Shown: in pieces, positions 43,019 through 46,934 of the stretch
Layout: the number at the start of each line of letters is the position of its first letter
How positions within the stretch are numbered: the stretch's first letter is position 1
IMG/VR virus record: IMGVR_UViG_3300002461_000395
Coordinates: 1-46,934 of that record
From: a virus
Reading direction: 5' to 3' (one strand)
Length of the DNA stretch: 46,934 nt
Made by a program: the position numbers and the translations under genes
The notes under the pieces: generated by a model
Told to the model about the DNA's origin: nothing
Databases searched by the model: none
What the model saw: the letters and a program-made list of their open reading frames with translations, nothing else

Positions 43019-43214
43019 CGCATGGCCGGAGGCCCTTGAGGACCGCCTGCGGTTGCTCGTGGCGCAGAATATGAGCGCCGGGGAGATATCCAAGGTGCTG
43101 CGCGTGACCCGCAACGCCGTGATCGGCAAATGCGACCGGCTCGGGCTGGTGCTGGCCGGATCGCGCGTAGCGCCCAGCCCGCCGCGTCGGTTCTCGTGGG
43201 AAGCCCCGGCATGA
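43011..43214 (+). CDS. GcrA-like regulator (GcrA N-terminal DNA-binding domain only)
   Basis: 67 aa with a GTG start. The segment WPEALEDRLRLLVAQNMSAGEISKVLRVTRNAVIGKCDRLGL matches the GcrA N-terminal signature (W.DE....L..LW..G.SASQIA..LG.VTRNAVIGK.HRLGL). Confidence 0.8.
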   Translation: MTDAWPEALEDRLRLLVAQNMSAGEISKVLRVTRNAVIGKCDRLGLVLAGSRVAPSPPRRFSWEAPA

Positions 43215-43522
43215 CCGTGTACGTCTGCCCCATGCCCTACGAGCCGAACCGCTACCACCTGTTCGCCGACGACCCGGACGAGGCGTGGATGGCGGGCATG
43301 GCCGTCGGTGCGACCGAGCGGCCGGACCGTTCGCCGCTGCACTACGACCTGAAATGGCAGCAGGTGCTCGCCGCCCGGGCCCTCGGTGCGCAGGACTGCG
43401 ACCGGGTCGCCCCCTACGAGGCCGCGGCGCGATGGGCGCGCAACACGGGCGCCCTGGCGGCGGCCCGGGAGTGGCGAGCGGGCTTGACGGCCTCGCCAGA
43501 CTGTGCGCCACTGGGCGTCTAG
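43211..43522 (+). CDS. Hypothetical protein
   Basis: ATG at 43211 (ATGA overlap) gives 103 aa. Confidence 0.55.
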   Translation: MTVYVCPMPYEPNRYHLFADDPDEAWMAGMAVGATERPDRSPLHYDLKWQQVLAARALGAQDCDRVAPYEAAARWARNTGALAAAREWRAGLTASPDCAPLGV

Positions 43523-43650
43523 GCGGGGACCTTTCCGCACCGTCCGGCCGGGAGAAGGCGCGCAAAAACGTTTCGGCTGCCCGCCCCGGCGGGTCAATGC
43601 GAGCCCCGCACCAGTTTAGCTCTCGCCAAGTCGATCCATCCCGAGCACGC

Positions 43651-45339
43651 ATGACTGACTTCGACTGGAACGACCCCGCGCACATAGCCGCCGAGTTCTC
43701 GCGCCGTGCCGAGGTGCTGGCGAAGATCCGGGCCGATACGTCCGGCAAGCTGCTCTCGGCGCTCAAAACGCACTACCTGCACAACCCGGCCGACTTCATT
43801 AACGACTTCGGCATGACCTTCGACCCCCGCAACGGGCCGAACGGTCTGCCGTCCGTGCTGCCGTTCAAACTCTTCCCCAAGCAGCGCGAGTTCGTCGAGT
43901 GGGTGGACCGGCTGCGTCGCCAGGGCGCGAAGGGCCTGGCCGACAAGTCGCGCGACATGGGGTTCTCGTGGCTGCTGGTCTCCACGGCCGCGACGTTGTG
44001 CCTGTTCGGCACGCAGATGACGTTCGGCTTCGGCTCGCGCGACGAGGACAGCGTCGACGAGGGCGGAAACCCGGACAGTCTGTTCTGGAAGCTGCGCTTT
44101 TTCGTCGAGAACCTGCCCGAAGAGTTCCGGGGCGACTGGGACCGCAAGAAACACTCGGCGCACATGCGCGTCAGCTTCCCCTCGACGGGGTCGGTCATCA
44201 CGGGCGACGCCGGCAAAAACATCGGGCGCGGCGGACGCTCGCAGGTGTACGTCGTGGACGAGGCGGCGTCGCTCGAGCACCCCCTGCTCGTCGAAGCGGC
44301 CCTGTCCGCGAACACCAACTGCCGGATCGACGTTTCGACGCCGCGCGGCATGGGCAACCCGTTCGCCCAGAAACGGCACGGCGGCAAGTTCCCGGTCTTC
44401 TCGATGCACTGGCGCGAAGACCCGCGCAAAACCAACCCCGTGCCGACCTATCCGATCCTCGACGCCAACGGCGAACCGACCGGCCAGCTTGAGACGTGGT
44501 ACGAAAAGCAGGTGCGCGAGCTCGACCCCGTGACCCTCGCGCAGGAGGTCAATCTCGACTACACGGCCTCGGCGACCGGCGTGCTCATTCCGTCCGAGTG
44601 GGTGCAGGCCGCGGTCGATGCGCACCTGCGGCTCGGCATCGAGGTCACGGGCGCCCGGCGGGGCGCGCTGGACGTGGCCGACGAGGGCGTGGACCACAAC
44701 GCGCTGGCCGAGCGGCGCGGCATCCTGGTGGACGACGTGACGAGCTGGTCCGGCGAGGGGTCGGATATCTTCGCCACCGTGGCCAAGGCGTTCGGCATGT
44801 GCGACGAGGCCGGCATCGACGTGCTGGACTATGACGCCGACGGCCTCGGCGCGGGCGTGCGGGGCGACGCGCGGGTGATCAACGAGAAACGCACCCATCC
44901 CATCAAGGTCGAGCCGTTCCGGGGGTCCGGCGCGGTCTTCAAGCCCGAGGATCCCATCCCGTCCGCCGTGCCGGTGGGCCGGGGCGACCGAAGCGAGCGC
45001 AAGAACGAGCGCCGCAACAAGGACTATTTCAAGAATGCCAAGGCGCAGGCCTGGTGGAACCTGCGCGTACGGTTCATGCGCACGCACCGGGCGCTCGCCA
45101 TGCACGCGGCCGGGGAGAACTGGCGCGAGGCGTACGACGAGGACGACCTGATCTCGCTCAACGGCAAGATGCGGGAGATCGTCAAGCTGACCATGGAGCT
45201 GTCGCAGCCCACCGCGGACCACAGCACCGGCAAGGTCGTCATCGACAAAGCGCCCGCCGGCACCCGCTCGCCCAACCTGGCCGACGCGGTTATGATCGCT
45301 TTCGCCCCCCGCCGCGCCAACTGGTTCGATTTAGTTTGA
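43651..45339 (+). CDS. terL: Terminase large subunit
   Basis: The in-frame ATG at 43651 gives 562 aa. It has a Walker-A-like KSRDMGFSW, a Walker B (QVYVVDEAAS) and a C-terminal nuclease-like region. The position fits. Confidence 0.9.
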   Translation: MTDFDWNDPAHIAAEFSRRAEVLAKIRADTSGKLLSALKTHYLHNPADFINDFGMTFDPRNGPNGLPSVLPFKLFPKQREFVEWVDRLRRQGAKGLADKSRDMGFSWLLVSTAATLCLFGTQMTFGFGSRDEDSVDEGGNPDSLFWKLRFFVENLPEEFRGDWDRKKHSAHMRVSFPSTGSVITGDAGKNIGRGGRSQVYVVDEAASLEHPLLVEAALSANTNCRIDVSTPRGMGNPFAQKRHGGKFPVFSMHWREDPRKTNPVPTYPILDANGEPTGQLETWYEKQVRELDPVTLAQEVNLDYTASATGVLIPSEWVQAAVDAHLRLGIEVTGARRGALDVADEGVDHNALAERRGILVDDVTSWSGEGSDIFATVAKAFGMCDEAGIDVLDYDADGLGAGVRGDARVINEKRTHPIKVEPFRGSGAVFKPEDPIPSAVPVGRGDRSERKNERRNKDYFKNAKAQAWWNLRVRFMRTHRALAMHAAGENWREAYDEDDLISLNGKMREIVKLTMELSQPTADHSTGKVVIDKAPAGTRSPNLADAVMIAFAPRRANWFDLV

Positions 45340-45387
45340 CGGCGGCGTCACGGTCGGTTAGAGCAACGGGACACTGAGGAGGACGAT

Positions 45388-45642
45388 ATGACCGAACGCA
45401 TCACCTGCCCGCTGCCCCCGACTTACCTGCTGCGCGACGTGACGGTGCGCATCGAGCGCGTGCGCCGCGGCGGCCGGTGGCAGATCGTCGGCGTGGACGG
45501 CGTGGACAACGCGTGGCCGCTCGCTTTCGACGGGTTCACGGGCGCGCCCCGGTTCGCCACGAAGGCCGGCGCGCAGGAGTTTCTCGCCAACCACGACGGC
45601 CACGAGGGGGCGCGCCTGATCGCCCGGGCGGTGCGCGCATGA
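45388..45642 (+). CDS. Hypothetical protein
   Basis: 84 aa with GAGGAGGA upstream of the ATG. Confidence 0.6.
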   Translation: MTERITCPLPPTYLLRDVTVRIERVRRGGRWQIVGVDGVDNAWPLAFDGFTGAPRFATKAGAQEFLANHDGHEGARLIARAVRA

Positions 45643-45842
45643 CCTGCCCCACCCCCGACTACTGCGGCGTCAACGGCTGCACGAACAGCGCGTGCCATCC
45701 GTCCCGCCAGCCCCCGACGTGGGCCGCCGTGCCCGCACCAACCCGTCCGCCGTGGGGCCGTCTTGCCCTCGGACTGCTTTGCCTGCTCGCCCCGTACGCG
45801 GCGGTCGCTGCGGTCATGGCCGCCCTGTGGGTGCTCACATGA
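45639..45842 (+). CDS. Small membrane protein (holin candidate)
   Basis: ATG at 45639 (ATGA overlap) gives 67 aa. The N-terminus is Cys-rich and there is one C-terminal TM segment (LALGLLCLLAPYAAVAAVMAALWVL). It lies two genes upstream of the endolysin. Confidence 0.5.
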   Translation: MTCPTPDYCGVNGCTNSACHPSRQPPTWAAVPAPTRPPWGRLALGLLCLLAPYAAVAAVMAALWVLT

Positions 45843-46003
45843 GCGTCCGGCGCATCGCCACGCCCGTCGCAGGCGGCTGGCGCATCGTGGACGAGGTTGA
45901 CGAGTGGGAAGGCGATCACGAATGGTGCCCCCGGTACGAGCTGGTGGACGGCGTGAGCGAGACGATTTACCCAACCGAACAGGAAGCGAGGACCGCTCTA
46001 TGA
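45839..46003 (+). CDS. Hypothetical small acidic protein
   Basis: ATG at 45839 (ATGA overlap) gives 54 aa. Confidence 0.45.
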   Translation: MSVRRIATPVAGGWRIVDEVDEWEGDHEWCPRYELVDGVSETIYPTEQEARTAL

Positions 46004-46626
46004 CCCCCGACCAGATCAAAACCCTGCAACGGGCCATGCTCACCGTGCCCGGCGTGACCCTGCGCAGCGGCGCGGACGGCAAGTGGGGCCCGGAGAGCGC
46101 CGCCGCCCTTGCCCTCGTTGTGGCCAAGGCCGGCGGCCAGCCCATCGCGAGCGCAGCGACCGAGGCGGACCCGACGCCGTCCGACCTGCCACCCGGCTAC
46201 CTGCCCATGCTGGCGCGCATCGAGAGCAACAACCGCCCCTATGTGCGTGCCGTCACGTCCAGCGCGTCGGGCCTCTACCAGTTCATCAAGGCCACGTGGC
46301 AGGGCGAGGGCGGCCAGTGGGGCGACCGGCCTGCGCTGGCGTTCGGCGGGCTGCAGCCTCCCGTGAGCGAGCAACACGCCCGGGCGGCCAGCTTCACCCG
46401 CAAGAACACCAAGGCGCTGACCGCGGCGGGCATCCCGGTCACCCGCGCCACGCTGTACGCCGCGCATTTCTTCGGCGCGGGCACGGCGGTCAAGGTGCTG
46501 CGCGCCCATCGGTCCGAGCGCGCCGACCACCTCGCCGGGGTCGGCCCGACGCAAGCCAACCCGTCGATCCTGGCCGGTAAGACCGTCGGGCAGTTCATGG
46601 AATGGCTTACGAGGAAGACGGCATGA
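46000..46626 (+). CDS. Endolysin: peptidoglycan-binding domain plus a lytic-transglycosylase-like catalytic domain
   Basis: ATG at 46000 gives 208 aa. The N-terminus (IKTLQRAMLTVPGVTLRSGADGKWGPESAAAL) is PG_binding_1-like. The segment MLARIESNNRPYV...SSASGLYQFIKATW is the SLT E-S / GLxQ pattern. Confidence 0.8.
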   Translation: MTPDQIKTLQRAMLTVPGVTLRSGADGKWGPESAAALALVVAKAGGQPIASAATEADPTPSDLPPGYLPMLARIESNNRPYVRAVTSSASGLYQFIKATWQGEGGQWGDRPALAFGGLQPPVSEQHARAASFTRKNTKALTAAGIPVTRATLYAAHFFGAGTAVKVLRAHRSERADHLAGVGPTQANPSILAGKTVGQFMEWLTRKTA

Positions 46627-46934
46627 TTGACGAGCTCTGCGCGCAGCTCGCCGAGAGCGAGGCGGCCCTTGAGGAGGCTAACGAGACGCTCAACGAGCTG
46701 CGCGGCGTCATCGCCGAGGCGTGGTCCGAGATTTGCAGCAACCCGGATCTCAAACAGGGCGAGACGAACGAACTGGCCACAGGGGTGCGGGAAGCCTGCG
46801 ACGCCGCGTACAAGCAGGGGGCCGAGGAGAGCGGGGCGAGTGACGCCGCAGACGCCCTGCGCGCATACCTGGTCTCGCGTGGCCTCCCTGCCGACCCGGT
46901 CAAACTCGACGACCCGCATCTGGACGCCTTGGCG
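46623..46934 (+). CDS. Coiled-coil protein, 5' part of the wrap-around ORF (continues to 109 through the terminal overlap)
   Basis: The ATG at 46623 (ATGA overlap with the endolysin) gives MIDELCAQLAESEAALEEANETLNELRG.... There is no stop before the window ends. The total length is 109 aa once joined. Confidence 0.5.
   Translation, partial: MIDELCAQLAESEAALEEANETLNELRGVIAEAWSEICSNPDLKQGETNELATGVREACDAAYKQGAEESGASDAADALRAYLVSRGLPADPVKLDDPHLDALA
46841..46934. repeat. Second copy of the terminal direct repeat (equals 1..94)
   Basis: Exact 94-nt identity with the start of the window. Unit genome length is therefore 46840 bp. Confidence 0.95.

Noticed and set aside
1-46934. CRISPR arrays, tRNA/tmRNA genes, an integrase/excisionase/CI-type lysogeny module, a reverse transcriptase or diversity-generating retroelement, and toxin-antitoxin pairs.
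   Set aside because: Reading both strands, I found no regularly spaced repeat-spacer arrays, no T-loop (GGTTCGAAT-like) cloverleaf candidates, no tyrosine or serine recombinase motifs and no YxDD reverse-transcriptase motif. This absence was judged by eye only.

Overview
This window is a complete, circularly assembled genome of about 46.84 kb from a high-GC tailed phage. Bases 1..94 are repeated exactly at 46841..46934, and one ORF runs across that junction.

Layout:
- A long rightward late operon runs 42123 -> end -> wraps -> 22263. It holds terS, a GcrA-like regulator, terL, a holin-like gene plus endolysin, a tailspike, portal, Mu-F-like head protein, protease/scaffold, decoration protein and major capsid. 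It continues with connectors, a contractile tail (DUF3383-like sheath, DUF3277-like tube, frameshifted chaperone, tape measure), the baseplate, a collar-domain tail fibre and three lower-GC membrane proteins.
- A leftward replication block at 29415 -> 22536 holds a GapR homologue, a DUF2800-like nuclease, a DUF2815-like SSB and a family A DNA polymerase.
- A rightward block at 29486 -> 38783 holds an SF2 helicase, homing endonucleases, a C5-methyltransferase, a VRR-NUC nuclease, a primase/helicase and a spanin pair.
- A short leftward block at 41822 -> 38743 holds a 4x Zn-module protein and a beta-class DNA methyltransferase.

I saw no tRNA, rRNA, CRISPR array, integrase or obvious repressor. 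The GapR and GcrA homologues point to an alphaproteobacterial (Caulobacter-like) host.

The most unusual feature is that both DNA methyltransferase genes are interrupted near conserved C-terminal motifs by cassettes of about 465 nt. Each cassette encodes a Zn-ribbon/HNH nuclease in a different reading frame, is bracketed by degenerate duplications of host codons, and leaves the host ORF free of stops. In addition, the C5-methyltransferase changes its evident coding frame at about 33242.

All family assignments come from motif recognition by eye and memory. No searches were run.
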